A DNA stretch of 64,000 bases from NCBI GenBank assembly GCA_029215995.1, contig JAEMVB010000005.1:31393-95392 (forward strand), read 5' to 3'. The first letter of the stretch is position 1, and the number at the start of each line of letters is the position of its first letter. The translations under genes were made by a program, and so were the position numbers. Source of the DNA: Sulfurimonas sp. SAG-AH-194-L11 (GTDB lineage: Bacteria; Campylobacterota; Campylobacteria; Campylobacterales; Sulfurimonadaceae). The notes under the pieces were generated by a model, which was not told where the DNA came from, ran no database searches, and saw only the letters and a program-made list of their open reading frames with translations. Positions 40,033 through 50,292 of the stretch are shown in pieces.

Positions 40033-40749
40033 ATGATAAAAAGCTTCTTAATTTTAATAATATTTCCAATTTTCTTATTTTCATCCCAACAAATCATACT
40101 TGTAGTTGCAGATGATTTTAATACTAACAAAGCTATTTTACAATTTTTTGAAGATGACAAGGTACTTGTAAAAGCAGAAGTAAACTTAGGAACGAATGGT
40201 CTTGGATGGGGTATTGGAGAGATTGAATTACTGCATAAAAGTAATGAAGCACTTAAATATGAAGGTGATAAAAAATCTCCCGCAGGCATATTTAAACTAA
40301 CTGATATTTTTGGATACTCTTATGAAAGTAACTATAAACTTCCTTATCTTCATGCATCAAAAAATCTTATCTGTGTTGATGACTCAGATTCAAACTTTTA
40401 TAACGCCATCATAGAAGCAAATGGAAATGAAAAAAGCTTTGAGTTTATGAAACGCAGTGATTATCAATATAAATATGGTATTTTTGTCGCACACAATAAA
40501 AATGCAAAACGCCAACGTGGTTCTTGTATTTTTCTACATATACAAAAAGATGTAAACAGCTCAACAGCAGGTTGTACATCGATGGATGAGTATAGTTTAA
40601 AAAAAATTATTTCTCTCTTAGATAAAAATAAAAATCCTATTCTTATTCAAATTCCAAAAAGTTCACTCAAAGAGATTCAAAAGCTTTATCCTCAACTTAA
40701 ATTTAATCGTCGTCCTCATCATCATCAAACATACCTTCCATCTCTATAA
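40033..40749 (+). CDS. YkuD-like L,D-transpeptidase family protein
   Basis: Signal peptide, K.EGD.KSPAG, GSCIFLH...TAGC catalytic H/C. Confidence 0.8.
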   Translation: MIKSFLILIIFPIFLFSSQQIILVVADDFNTNKAILQFFEDDKVLVKAEVNLGTNGLGWGIGEIELLHKSNEALKYEGDKKSPAGIFKLTDIFGYSYESNYKLPYLHASKNLICVDDSDSNFYNAIIEANGNEKSFEFMKRSDYQYKYGIFVAHNKNAKRQRGSCIFLHIQKDVNSSTAGCTSMDEYSLKKIISLLDKNKNPILIQIPKSSLKEIQKLYPQLKFNRRPHHHQTYLPSL

Positions 40750-41017
40750 CTTTTGGTTTTGCTTTGACAGCAGTCATCTCACTAATATCATCAGGTGAAA
40801 TACTAAGAGCCATTGCGACAAAAGTTGCAAGAGCATTATCATCTATAATCTCTTGACATACTTTTGAGGTATTGTAAATAGTTAAAATTTTATTTTCATA
40901 CAACACATCTTTATTTTGAATTCCTAACTCTGCTGCTATTACATAGAGGTCTGGTCGTATAAGGGAGATACCCTCAACTTTCATTGAAAAGCCTGTTCTA
41001 TTGTCTGGAATAATCAC
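40703..41017 (-). CDS. Hypothetical protein
   Basis: 104-aa ORF coupled to the upstream gene, acidic tail. Confidence 0.7.
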   Translation of the reverse strand: MIIPDNRTGFSMKVEGISLIRPDLYVIAAELGIQNKDVLYENKILTIYNTSKVCQEIIDDNALATFVAMALSISPDDISEMTAVKAKPKVIEMEGMFDDDEDDD

Positions 41018-41226
41018 TATAAAAGACCTAACTCTTGAAGTATTGGCTTAATTTTTATCGTTAATTCTAAAAGTTCTTCTTTAAAAGTACCTGTAGCCTT
41101 ATCTTCTAAAAGCCACTCTTCAATGCGTTTTACAGTATCTGTTTTTTCAGTCTCATTAAAATCTTTTGAGCCTTGAACTGCCTCTTTAATTCTGTTTAAA
41201 TGTTCATGATGTTTGTGTGAACTCAT
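41017..41226 (-). CDS. Small hypothetical helical protein
   Basis: ATG 41226 with AAGGA SD; MSSHKHHEH... Confidence 0.65.
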   Translation of the reverse strand: MSSHKHHEHLNRIKEAVQGSKDFNETEKTDTVKRIEEWLLEDKATGTFKEELLELTIKIKPILQELGLL

Positions 41227-41239
41227 TATTTTTTCCTTT

Positions 41240-41449
41240 TTAGTAGTTGTTATATTTTCCATTTTGGATATCTGTTCGTATCGCATCTATCTTCTCCTGC
41301 ATTATATCAAGAAGTATCTTTGCAGCCTCTTTATCATCAGCTTCAGGGACATCCCAGTCTGTGATTTTCATATTTGCTTTAAAAAGCATCTCTACTTCTG
41401 TTTGTATCTCATCTTTGCGAGATGCTAAATCTTTTTTAAGCATTTCCAT
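41240..41449 (-). CDS. Small hypothetical protein
   Basis: ATG 41449 with AGGAG SD; ITDWDVPE motif. Confidence 0.7.
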   Translation of the reverse strand: MEMLKKDLASRKDEIQTEVEMLFKANMKITDWDVPEADDKEAAKILLDIMQEKIDAIRTDIQNGKYNNY

Positions 41450-41555
41450 TATAATCTCCTGTAAATATTCATTATATATCTTTAACATTAATACTTACAT
41501 AATAGTTGCTAATCTTATGTATAATGAGAAAACATATGTACAAATAGGATGAAAC

Positions 41556-42866
41556 ATGCAAACAGATGAAAAAAAAGCCTTTGGCTTATGGAGTGCTGTC
41601 TTTTTAGGAATTGGCTCAATGGTTGGGGCAGGAATCTTTATTGTCATTGGTCAAGCAGGAGCTATAGCTGGTAACTTACTAATATACTCATTTCTTTTAG
41701 CAGCACTTATTGCTCTTTTATGTGGGTACTCTCTGAGTAAATTAGCCATTGCTTATCCTAGTCGTGGAGGGATTATAGAGTATCTCATTCAGTCATATGG
41801 TGAAAATGTTTTCTCAGGTGCATTAGGAGTACTTTTTTACTTTGCCCAACTTATAGCCATCGCAGCAGTTGCAAAATCTTTTGGAACCTATGCTTCGACT
41901 TATATAATAGCTTCTGATGCACACAGTTATATCAATATCTTTGCCATAGCAATAGTAGTACTTTTTGTAGTGATCAACCTTATAGGGGCTTCGCTTGTTG
42001 CTAAATCTGAAAACATCATCGTTATAGTAAAACTAACAGCACTCATCGCCTTTGGTCTTGCCTCTATGTTCTACATCACTCCATCTCACTTTTCACTTAA
42101 AGATGCTCCAGCATCTATCAATATTTTTTACTCATTAGGTCTTACATTTTTTGCTTTTCAAGGTTTTAGTGTTATAACCAATAGTGTTGAAGATATGGAT
42201 AATCCAAAGGTAAATATGCTCAAATCTATGTTTATAACCATAGGTTTAGTTACTTTTCTTTATCTTTTAATCACGGTAGCAGTCTTTGGGAACCTTTCAT
42301 TAGCTGAAATTATTAAGAGTCAAGATTTCGCACTTGCACAAGCTGCCGAGCCTATTTTTGGAAGTTTAGGCTTTAAACTCATTGCTGCTACGGCCCTCCT
42401 CGCTACAGCATCTGCCATAAATGCAACTCTCTACTCTGCTACCCAAATTAGTTATGATTTAGCCAGACATGGAGACTTACCTGATGTTTACGAGAGACAT
42501 GTTTTTCACAATAGCGAGGGGCTTATCATTTCAGCTATTTTAATCATCCCAATGCTTCTCTTTTTTAATCTTGGAGAGATAGCTTCAATCGCTTCAGTGT
42601 CGGTTCTTCTCATTCAAGGGTTTACACATATTGGTCATCTATTTAAACTCAAAGAGACTCATGCAAAAATAAATATTGTATTACTGGCTATTGTAGGTAC
42701 ATTTTTGGCTGCAGGTTTTGCTATTTACTACACTTCAAAGTCAATTGAAAATTTTGGTTTTTATATACTAGGACTCTTTGTATTTGCTTTTATTTTAGAA
42801 ATCATACTGCGCTTAGTAAGTGCTAGAATAATACAGAAGAATAATTATAATTCAAGGTTATTTTAG
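41556..42866 (+). CDS. APC-family amino acid permease
   Basis: GSMVGAGIF, P.RGG..EY, FFAFQGF, 12 TMs. Confidence 0.9.
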   Translation: MQTDEKKAFGLWSAVFLGIGSMVGAGIFIVIGQAGAIAGNLLIYSFLLAALIALLCGYSLSKLAIAYPSRGGIIEYLIQSYGENVFSGALGVLFYFAQLIAIAAVAKSFGTYASTYIIASDAHSYINIFAIAIVVLFVVINLIGASLVAKSENIIVIVKLTALIAFGLASMFYITPSHFSLKDAPASINIFYSLGLTFFAFQGFSVITNSVEDMDNPKVNMLKSMFITIGLVTFLYLLITVAVFGNLSLAEIIKSQDFALAQAAEPIFGSLGFKLIAATALLATASAINATLYSATQISYDLARHGDLPDVYERHVFHNSEGLIISAILIIPMLLFFNLGEIASIASVSVLLIQGFTHIGHLFKLKETHAKINIVLLAIVGTFLAAGFAIYYTSKSIENFGFYILGLFVFAFILEIILRLVSARIIQKNNYNSRLF

Positions 42867-42913
42867 TTTAAATATATTAAAATAATATATACTAATAATA
42901 TTGGGGGACTTTT

Positions 42914-44566
42914 ATGTCCATAGATTTTTTAGAAATTTTACTTGTTGATGATGATGTTTCACTACACGACATAATAAGTAATACTATTGATGGCTTAAAA
43001 ATATTTAATAAAGAAGTGAAGATATTACATGCTCATAATGCTGATGAAGCCAAAGAACTTATAAAAACAAACAGTGATATTTCTATCGCTTTTATAGATG
43101 TAGCGATGGAGACACCTGATGCAGGTTTAAAGCTTGTAAATTATATTCGACATACCTTACATAATGAAAACATGCGCATTATTATCATAGATAGTGAAGA
43201 CTCCCCTATCCCTGCAGATGATATTCTTGAACATTATGATATCAATGATTATAAAGATCGAGTATGTATAGAGTCACAAAGACTTTTTAATACTGTTCGC
43301 ATAGCAATTAAACAGTACCAACAGTTTAAAGATATTCAAGATAGTAAAGCACAAATGTATGAAAAGATGACTACAAATAAAGTCACAGGTCTACCAAATA
43401 GAATGAAACTCTCCCAAAATATTGGAACAGTTGGAAAAAAATCCCTTATTTTACTCAATATTGATGACTTTAGTGTCATTAACAATCATAATGGATTTGA
43501 GTTTGGAGATAAGGTTTTAAATGCTTTTGCAGACTTCTTAGTTAAAAACTATAGTAAGGATGCACAAGTATTTCATCTTGAAGCAGATATATTTGCTATG
43601 CTCTATTTACAAGAAGATATCTCTTCTGTTGAAGAAAAAGTTATAAAAATAAAAGATGATATTTATAATCATCTATTTGTCATAGATAGCATCTCTATAC
43701 ACCTCACAGCAACACTAGGTATAGTACTCAATGACCATGGAAATATTATCCAAAAAGCTGAGTTTGCCTTTAAAGAAGCAAGGCTTAATGGAAAAAATAG
43801 TGTTCAAAAATATAGTGACAAGTTAAATATATTACGGACAATTCATGCGAATTCCTTATGGACAGGACGCATTCGTAGTGCACTTGAGAAGAAAAATATT
43901 CTTGCCTATTTCCAGCCAATTTTAAACATAAAAACAGGAAAAATAGAGAAATATGAGACACTCGTTAGAATAGAGTACAAAGGAGAGATTTACTCTCCAT
44001 ATCACTTCTTAGATGCTGCTAGATACAGTGGACAACTCTTTGAGATTTTCAAACTAATGTTTGATGCAGCTTGTAAAAATGTCTCTACATCAAATTATGA
44101 TTTTACGGTTAATGTCAGCGACTATGATCTAAAACATCCGAAATTTTGTAAAGTAGTAGAAGATATACTTAAAAGATATAAGATTGACACTAAAAGGATA
44201 ACATTTGAAATTTTAGAGAACAATAGTATTTCAAAACATGCAGAAATTCAAAAAGTTCTCAATAAACTACATGATTTAGGATGTAAACTTGCTATTGATG
44301 ATTTTGGTGCAGAGTGTTCTAACTTTGGACAACTCAAGAACCTAAAGATAGACTTTATAAAAATAGATGGTGTCTTTATAAAAAATATTGTTGAAGATAA
44401 GAACTCTCAAATTGTAGCGCAAACGATTTTAGATTTTGCACATAAAAAAGGCATCCCCGTTATAGCAGAGTATGTCTGTTCGCAAGAAGTATATGACTAT
44501 GTAAAAAAAATGGGTGTAGACTATGCGCAAGGGTACCTAATATCAGAACCAAAAGCATCACTCTAA
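42914..44566 (+). CDS. REC-GGDEF(degenerate)-EAL phosphodiesterase
   Basis: REC, degenerate GGDEF (EADIF), EAL domain with ETL, DDFG, IKIDG, QGY. Confidence 0.9.
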   Translation: MSIDFLEILLVDDDVSLHDIISNTIDGLKIFNKEVKILHAHNADEAKELIKTNSDISIAFIDVAMETPDAGLKLVNYIRHTLHNENMRIIIIDSEDSPIPADDILEHYDINDYKDRVCIESQRLFNTVRIAIKQYQQFKDIQDSKAQMYEKMTTNKVTGLPNRMKLSQNIGTVGKKSLILLNIDDFSVINNHNGFEFGDKVLNAFADFLVKNYSKDAQVFHLEADIFAMLYLQEDISSVEEKVIKIKDDIYNHLFVIDSISIHLTATLGIVLNDHGNIIQKAEFAFKEARLNGKNSVQKYSDKLNILRTIHANSLWTGRIRSALEKKNILAYFQPILNIKTGKIEKYETLVRIEYKGEIYSPYHFLDAARYSGQLFEIFKLMFDAACKNVSTSNYDFTVNVSDYDLKHPKFCKVVEDILKRYKIDTKRITFEILENNSISKHAEIQKVLNKLHDLGCKLAIDDFGAECSNFGQLKNLKIDFIKIDGVFIKNIVEDKNSQIVAQTILDFAHKKGIPVIAEYVCSQEVYDYVKKMGVDYAQGYLISEPKASL

Positions 44567-44573
44567 AAGGGAG

Positions 44574-47500
44574 TTAAAACTCCTCTTCTAGCATCTCATC
44601 CTCTTTAACTGTCCATATAAATAGTAGTGGTATAAAGAGTAGTGTTAAAAATGTTCCTACAATGAGTCCACCTATAGCCACAGCACCCAAAGGTGCAAGT
44701 CTCTCTAGCCCAATAGCTGACCCCATCGCAACAGGTAACATACCTGCTGAGACTGCAAATGCTGTCATAAGAACTGGTCGTGTTCTAATTCTTATGCTCT
44801 CAAACATCGCGTCGCGTTTGCTCATGCCATTTTGCATTTTTTCCATTGCAAAGTGAATCAGTAAGATGGCATTATTTACAATAATTCCTGAAAGTAAAAT
44901 AAATCCCATCATTGCAGGCATAGAGGTGTGATAGTGCATTATTAGCATCATCCATGCAGCCCCTATTATAGTTAAAGGGATAGAAATTAAAATCATTAAA
45001 GAGATTTTAACAGAGTTAAAGAGTGTAATAAGTGTAAAGAAGATGAGTACTAAAGCAAAAACAATAGCCCCTATCATACGCTCAGCAGAACTCTTAAACT
45101 GTTTAATATCTCCTGTCTGCTCCATAGTAATTCCCTCTGGAAGTACTATATCTTTTGCTGCCTCATCAAAGTTTGCCATGATGTGAGAAATAGCTGCTTT
45201 TTCTCTAAAACCATAGACATTCAGTGTATAGCTAAGCCCCTCTCTTGTGATAAGTGAAGGTTCAGTATGTGTCACAACTGTAGCAAGTGCAGAGAGTGGG
45301 ATTTTACCCTTTTGTGTTGTAAGTAAAAATGAACTTAGCTTTTGTACACTATTGCGTTTAGCTTCATCTACCCACACACGTACACCAAAATCTTTAGAAT
45401 TTCTAAGACCAAAAGTAGCAACTTTTGCCCCTCTAATATAAATCTGAAGCTGGCGAATGATTTCAGAAGCATTTAAACCATATAGAGATGCTCTTTGCTC
45501 ATCTATCTTTAAGTCGTACACTTTTTTATTTATCTCCCATGTTTTTGAAACGGAGACTAAACCTTGTGTGTTTTTCATCGCTTTTTCTATCATAAGACCT
45601 GCTTTTTCTAGGTCACTAAAATTATCGCCAGAGAGTGTAACATCTATATTTGCACGAATACTTGCTAATGCTGTCGCTCCATAATCTACAACATCCACAG
45701 AAAATACATTTTTAATTTTTGCCAACTCCTCACGAAGCTTATGCTCTATCTCCCAAACACTCTCTTTTCTCTGATACCTATCAACATATGTTGCAGTGAT
45801 AGAAATATGATCAATCCCACTTCCACTTCCTATACTCATAACGCCAGCCTCAGAACCTATAGCTGAAGATAAACGCAGTAGTTGTCCATGTTTAGCGATG
45901 ATAGTATCAGCCTCTTTAACAATATTTTTACTTACTTCTATAGGGAGATTTGGGTCAACAACTATTGATATTTTAACACCACCCGTATCCATAGGAGGCA
46001 TAAGCTCTTGTCCAACTGTTGGCATAACACCCTTTACACTTGTTATAAAAAGAAAAATGAGTACAAGTAGATATACTCCTGCTACCTTTTTACTCTCAAG
46101 TGCCAACTTCACTGCATTAGCAAAAAAGCCAGATATAACTCTATTTATAGCACCAATATAGTGTTCAAAAAATGCCTCTGAGTTGAGTACCCAAGGGTGA
46201 TTTATAGTCAGTATCTTGAGGGATAAAAGAGGCACTGCTGTAATAGAAATGATATAAGAAGCAGCTAAGGCTAAAAGAAGTGTACCAACTAAAGGTTGAA
46301 AAACTGTTTGCGGATATCCACCTACGAAAAGCATAGGAGAGAGTGCTATCATAGTTGTCAGTGTACCTGAGAGGTCAGCAAACATAATCTCTTTTGTTCC
46401 AGCAAAAACAGCCTTATGAATCTCATCATGCTCTTCCCTGTAGTGGCGTTCAATGTTTTCCATCACCACCACGGTATCATCAAGCAGGAGTCCAAGGGCT
46501 AAGATGATGGCAGTTAAAGTTACAACATTAAACTCAATCCCAACTATCCACATAAGAGCAATCGTTGCAGCATAAACAATAGGAATAGTGACAAGGACTA
46601 CAAGAACCTGTCTAAAACTCGCTAAGAAAAGAAATACAACAATAGTTGACATTATAATAGCATCACGAAGAGACTCGAACATATTTGTCGTACTTTGTAC
46701 TATTGTATCTTTTTGAGTATCGGTAATTATAAAGTCTAAATTTGGATATTTTTTTCTAATCGTTTCTAGCTTCTCTTCTACTCTTTGTATTGTTTTAACA
46801 ACATCGGCATTAAGTCCACGTTGTACTGCAATAGCTATAGACTCTTTCTCATTTCCAAAGTATAAAGAGGAGTTTTCATAATGACCAAAATATATTTTTG
46901 CAATGTCATTAAGAGTAATATCTGTAGTAATATACATCGCTTTAAGTTGAGCGATAGACTCTTTTTTTGGGTTTGATTTGAGTAGGTATCTATCTCGTGT
47001 TGAGTTTATAAAACCTATGGCATAGTCTTTATTGTTACTCTGTAAAATAGCCATAACTCTACTTATATCTAAACCATACTGATCAAGTTTTTCTTTGTCT
47101 ATAATGATTTGTAGCTCTTTGTTATAGCCACCAAATATATCTACATTTGAGACACCATCAAGTTTTATGAGTGCATGTTTTATCTCATTTTGTGCAAGTT
47201 GGCGAACATCTTCAAGAGGCATAACACTTGAAACATCTTTTTTAGAACTCACAGAAATAGTCACAATAGGTGCAGTTGCTGAAGTTATTTGAAGAATCTT
47301 AGGAGGCAGTATAGAAGTTGGTAACTCTCCTTTAATCTTATCCATAGAGTTACTGACATCACTTGACGCAGCATCAATTCCCTTCGTGTATTCAAACTCT
47401 GCATTTATTACACTCACTTCATCAATAGTAGTTGAGTATACACGGCGAATTTTATCTAAGGTGTAGAGCTCTTCTTCTATAGGTACACTTACATTTGCAG

Positions 47501-47690
47501 CCAAAGATTTAGCAGAGTCACCAGGATTTACGATAACAACAGCAACAGTTGGGTAGTTAGAATCTGGAAAAAGTTTACGATCTAGTTTTTGATACCCAAC
47601 AATACCTAAAAATATAAATAGTGTTAAAAATGAGTATATAAAGTAGGGTCTACGAAGCAGTGCTTCAACCCAAGAGGAAGACTCTTTCAT
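44574..47690 (-). CDS. RND efflux permease
   Basis: 1038 aa, GLLLDD.VVV.EN, GIIVNNAILL, R.RP.LMT. Confidence 0.95.
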   Translation of the reverse strand: MKESSSWVEALLRRPYFIYSFLTLFIFLGIVGYQKLDRKLFPDSNYPTVAVVIVNPGDSAKSLAANVSVPIEEELYTLDKIRRVYSTTIDEVSVINAEFEYTKGIDAASSDVSNSMDKIKGELPTSILPPKILQITSATAPIVTISVSSKKDVSSVMPLEDVRQLAQNEIKHALIKLDGVSNVDIFGGYNKELQIIIDKEKLDQYGLDISRVMAILQSNNKDYAIGFINSTRDRYLLKSNPKKESIAQLKAMYITTDITLNDIAKIYFGHYENSSLYFGNEKESIAIAVQRGLNADVVKTIQRVEEKLETIRKKYPNLDFIITDTQKDTIVQSTTNMFESLRDAIIMSTIVVFLFLASFRQVLVVLVTIPIVYAATIALMWIVGIEFNVVTLTAIILALGLLLDDTVVVMENIERHYREEHDEIHKAVFAGTKEIMFADLSGTLTTMIALSPMLFVGGYPQTVFQPLVGTLLLALAASYIISITAVPLLSLKILTINHPWVLNSEAFFEHYIGAINRVISGFFANAVKLALESKKVAGVYLLVLIFLFITSVKGVMPTVGQELMPPMDTGGVKISIVVDPNLPIEVSKNIVKEADTIIAKHGQLLRLSSAIGSEAGVMSIGSGSGIDHISITATYVDRYQRKESVWEIEHKLREELAKIKNVFSVDVVDYGATALASIRANIDVTLSGDNFSDLEKAGLMIEKAMKNTQGLVSVSKTWEINKKVYDLKIDEQRASLYGLNASEIIRQLQIYIRGAKVATFGLRNSKDFGVRVWVDEAKRNSVQKLSSFLLTTQKGKIPLSALATVVTHTEPSLITREGLSYTLNVYGFREKAAISHIMANFDEAAKDIVLPEGITMEQTGDIKQFKSSAERMIGAIVFALVLIFFTLITLFNSVKISLMILISIPLTIIGAAWMMLIMHYHTSMPAMMGFILLSGIIVNNAILLIHFAMEKMQNGMSKRDAMFESIRIRTRPVLMTAFAVSAGMLPVAMGSAIGLERLAPLGAVAIGGLIVGTFLTLLFIPLLFIWTVKEDEMLEEEF

Positions 47691-48752
47691 CTACTTCTCC
47701 TTAGCTAAATCTACACTGCCCAATGCAGGAAGCAGTGCAAGTTTTGCTTCTGATGCTGTAGCAAAAGGTACTTCAGGACACTCTTTTACAACTGCATACT
47801 GCATATCTTGTAAAATGATTTCTACATCTCGTTTTTGAAATTTTTTATCTTTGTAAACTATAATAGATGTTCTATCTTTACTATGAAGCAGTCCATTAAG
47901 AGGAATACTACAGCCTCGCATCTGTGCAGTAATAACATCTATATTTATGTAAGACTTATTTGCATATGCTAAAGGCTTTTTAAGCTTTACCTCTGCTACA
48001 AGCATCGCATTTTTAGCATCATCATATCTACGATATATATTACCTACTATCTCATCATTTATAAGAACTTCTTGTCCCTCTACTATCGCTTGTGGCGTTT
48101 GAGCATAACTAAAAATCAGTTTTTGATCATCTGAGTTGAGTGATATAATTGGCTTCCCAGGAATTGCTAAGTTCCCTTCATCAACAAACACAGTTCCCAC
48201 ACGACCACTAAAAGGTGCTTTAATATTGAGGTATTTAAGTTGTGCTTGAAGCTGCTTTATTTTCTCATCTAGGTTTTTAAGTGATGCCTCTTTATTTTGG
48301 TAAAGAACCTTAGCATTATCGTACTTCTCTTGAGAGATTGCTTCTACTTTATAAAGATTTTGAGAACGTTTTAAAGAGCGAAGAGCATTTGCAACATCTA
48401 AAACAAGTGCCTCTTTTTGCTGTTGTGTTGCGGCAATATTTGTTTTTATATCAGTATCATCAAGTGCTATTAAAATACTCCCTTTCGTAACTATATCATT
48501 CTCTTTTACATATATCTTTTTAATATCAACAGAAAATTTTGATGCGATTAAAGCACTTTTACTCGCTAAAAGCTGTGCAAGAAAATGTCTTGTTTGACGT
48601 ACTTCTCGTGTTTGTGCTTGTGCTATATCTACATTATACATATAAAGTTTAGGCTTAGGAAGCTCAGCTACCACCTTTTTTTGACTCTGTAAAAAGAGTC
48701 CTGCTGAGACTGCTATTGCAATTATGATGATGATTGAAATTAATTTTTTCAC
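47691..48752 (-). CDS. RND membrane fusion protein
   Basis: N-terminal anchor, lipoyl-hairpin pattern, I.APF.G. Confidence 0.9.
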   Translation of the reverse strand: MKKLISIIIIIAIAVSAGLFLQSQKKVVAELPKPKLYMYNVDIAQAQTREVRQTRHFLAQLLASKSALIASKFSVDIKKIYVKENDIVTKGSILIALDDTDIKTNIAATQQQKEALVLDVANALRSLKRSQNLYKVEAISQEKYDNAKVLYQNKEASLKNLDEKIKQLQAQLKYLNIKAPFSGRVGTVFVDEGNLAIPGKPIISLNSDDQKLIFSYAQTPQAIVEGQEVLINDEIVGNIYRRYDDAKNAMLVAEVKLKKPLAYANKSYINIDVITAQMRGCSIPLNGLLHSKDRTSIIVYKDKKFQKRDVEIILQDMQYAVVKECPEVPFATASEAKLALLPALGSVDLAKEK

Positions 48753-50098
48753 TTTTTTTCTCCTTTTTCATATAGATATTCAAGATAATAAAGTGCTTTT
48801 TGATAATCATACTTTGCATTAATCATCTGTGCTTTTGCTAACATCTTCTTTGCCTGTGTTACTAAAAGATCTGTGAGTGTTAAGGCATTATTATCGTAAC
48901 GAATTTGTTCGATCTTTTGAGTTTCACTCAGTAGTTCATACTGAGACTTACGGCTACTGTACTCTGCTCGAGCAAGTTTAATCTTATTTTGTGCGATACG
49001 AGCATTTTTACGTAAATCTATAGCTACACTATCACGCCGAAGTGCCGACTCAAGATACTCTATCTTAGCAGCCTCATAGGCTGCTAATTTTGCACCAAAA
49101 TCAAATATATTCCACTTAAGATGTACTCCTAATTGCCAAATATCTTCACTATGAAAATCACCCTCATTTATAAGTGTTTGCCCTGCTCTTGGAGCTGTAC
49201 TTGTTAAAGGCACAATATTTGTTGTATCATTAGGTCCAAAATTTTGTCCATAGTATGCACCAAAATCTATCACTGGATAGTAAGCAGCCTTCGCTTGTTG
49301 CTCTTTTCTTTTACTTACTTCAACACTAAACGCTGCTGCTCTATAGCGCTCTAGTGTGTGTATATCTGTGCTATCTACTTCACTTTTTGCATCTATGTTT
49401 ATAGATATAGCTTGTGTTGTATCAAACTCTTTATCTCCAAACATAGCACTTAGATTTGCTTTAATAATGGCAATATTTGCTTCTAAACTACTCTCTTGAG
49501 CCTTACTTGACTCTAGTGCATTTTGTGCACGTAGTACATCAAGTTTAGACTTTACTCCCTCTTTTTTCTCTTTTTCAATTCTCTCAAGAAGCCTACTCTC
49601 AGAGTCAGTATAAAGTTTTTGAGCCTTTAGCTGCTCCTCTAATGCTAGAAGTGATAGATAAAGGTTTCGTACATTATAAATCAACTCTTCACGACCGAGT
49701 TTACTCTTTATAGCACTACTTCTATACTGTAAATCTGAGATTTTATAAGAATTTTGCTGTGCAAAGCCATTAAAAAGGACAACATTATAAGCAACTCCTA
49801 CAGAGAACATATCTTTTGTAGTAGGGATTTGGTAAGCCCCATCTGGAGAACCAACTATAGCCATAGGTGTTAAAGGTGCAAGTGTTCGTGAGTTATTATA
49901 GTGATCATACGATGCACTGACATCTACCCGACCAAAATTTTGGGACTGTTTCATCTCTCGTTGTTTTTTTGAACGCTCAACACTAAGCTCAGCTTGTTTA
50001 AGAGTGTTGTTATGCTTTAATGCATACTTTATACTCTCATCTAAACTCATACCGTAGAGTGAACAGAGTGTTACACCCAGTACTATTAAATGTTTCAT
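48749..50098 (-). CDS. TolC-family outer membrane channel
   Basis: Signal peptide, two OEP repeats (AL.HN..L; W.IFDFG). Confidence 0.92.
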   Translation of the reverse strand: MKHLIVLGVTLCSLYGMSLDESIKYALKHNNTLKQAELSVERSKKQREMKQSQNFGRVDVSASYDHYNNSRTLAPLTPMAIVGSPDGAYQIPTTKDMFSVGVAYNVVLFNGFAQQNSYKISDLQYRSSAIKSKLGREELIYNVRNLYLSLLALEEQLKAQKLYTDSESRLLERIEKEKKEGVKSKLDVLRAQNALESSKAQESSLEANIAIIKANLSAMFGDKEFDTTQAISINIDAKSEVDSTDIHTLERYRAAAFSVEVSKRKEQQAKAAYYPVIDFGAYYGQNFGPNDTTNIVPLTSTAPRAGQTLINEGDFHSEDIWQLGVHLKWNIFDFGAKLAAYEAAKIEYLESALRRDSVAIDLRKNARIAQNKIKLARAEYSSRKSQYELLSETQKIEQIRYDNNALTLTDLLVTQAKKMLAKAQMINAKYDYQKALYYLEYLYEKGEKK

Positions 50099-50292
50099 AA
50101 TCTACCTTATTTTAGATAATAAAATTATCTCATTTTAATGTTAGCTTATCGTTAATATACTTTAATTAGTGAGTGTTTTTGAAGTTGTTGAGAGGTTTTT
50201 ATAAAGATAGTCATATCTCTATAAAAGTTAAAATTGTGACTCGGTACAAAATATTATATATTTTGTTCTATATTTTCAAAAAGAGAAGAAAA

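Noticed and set aside
40703-40749. 47-bp convergent overlap of the L,D-transpeptidase with its neighbour
   Set aside because: Most simply a lost or shifted stop giving a short tail; no evidence of function
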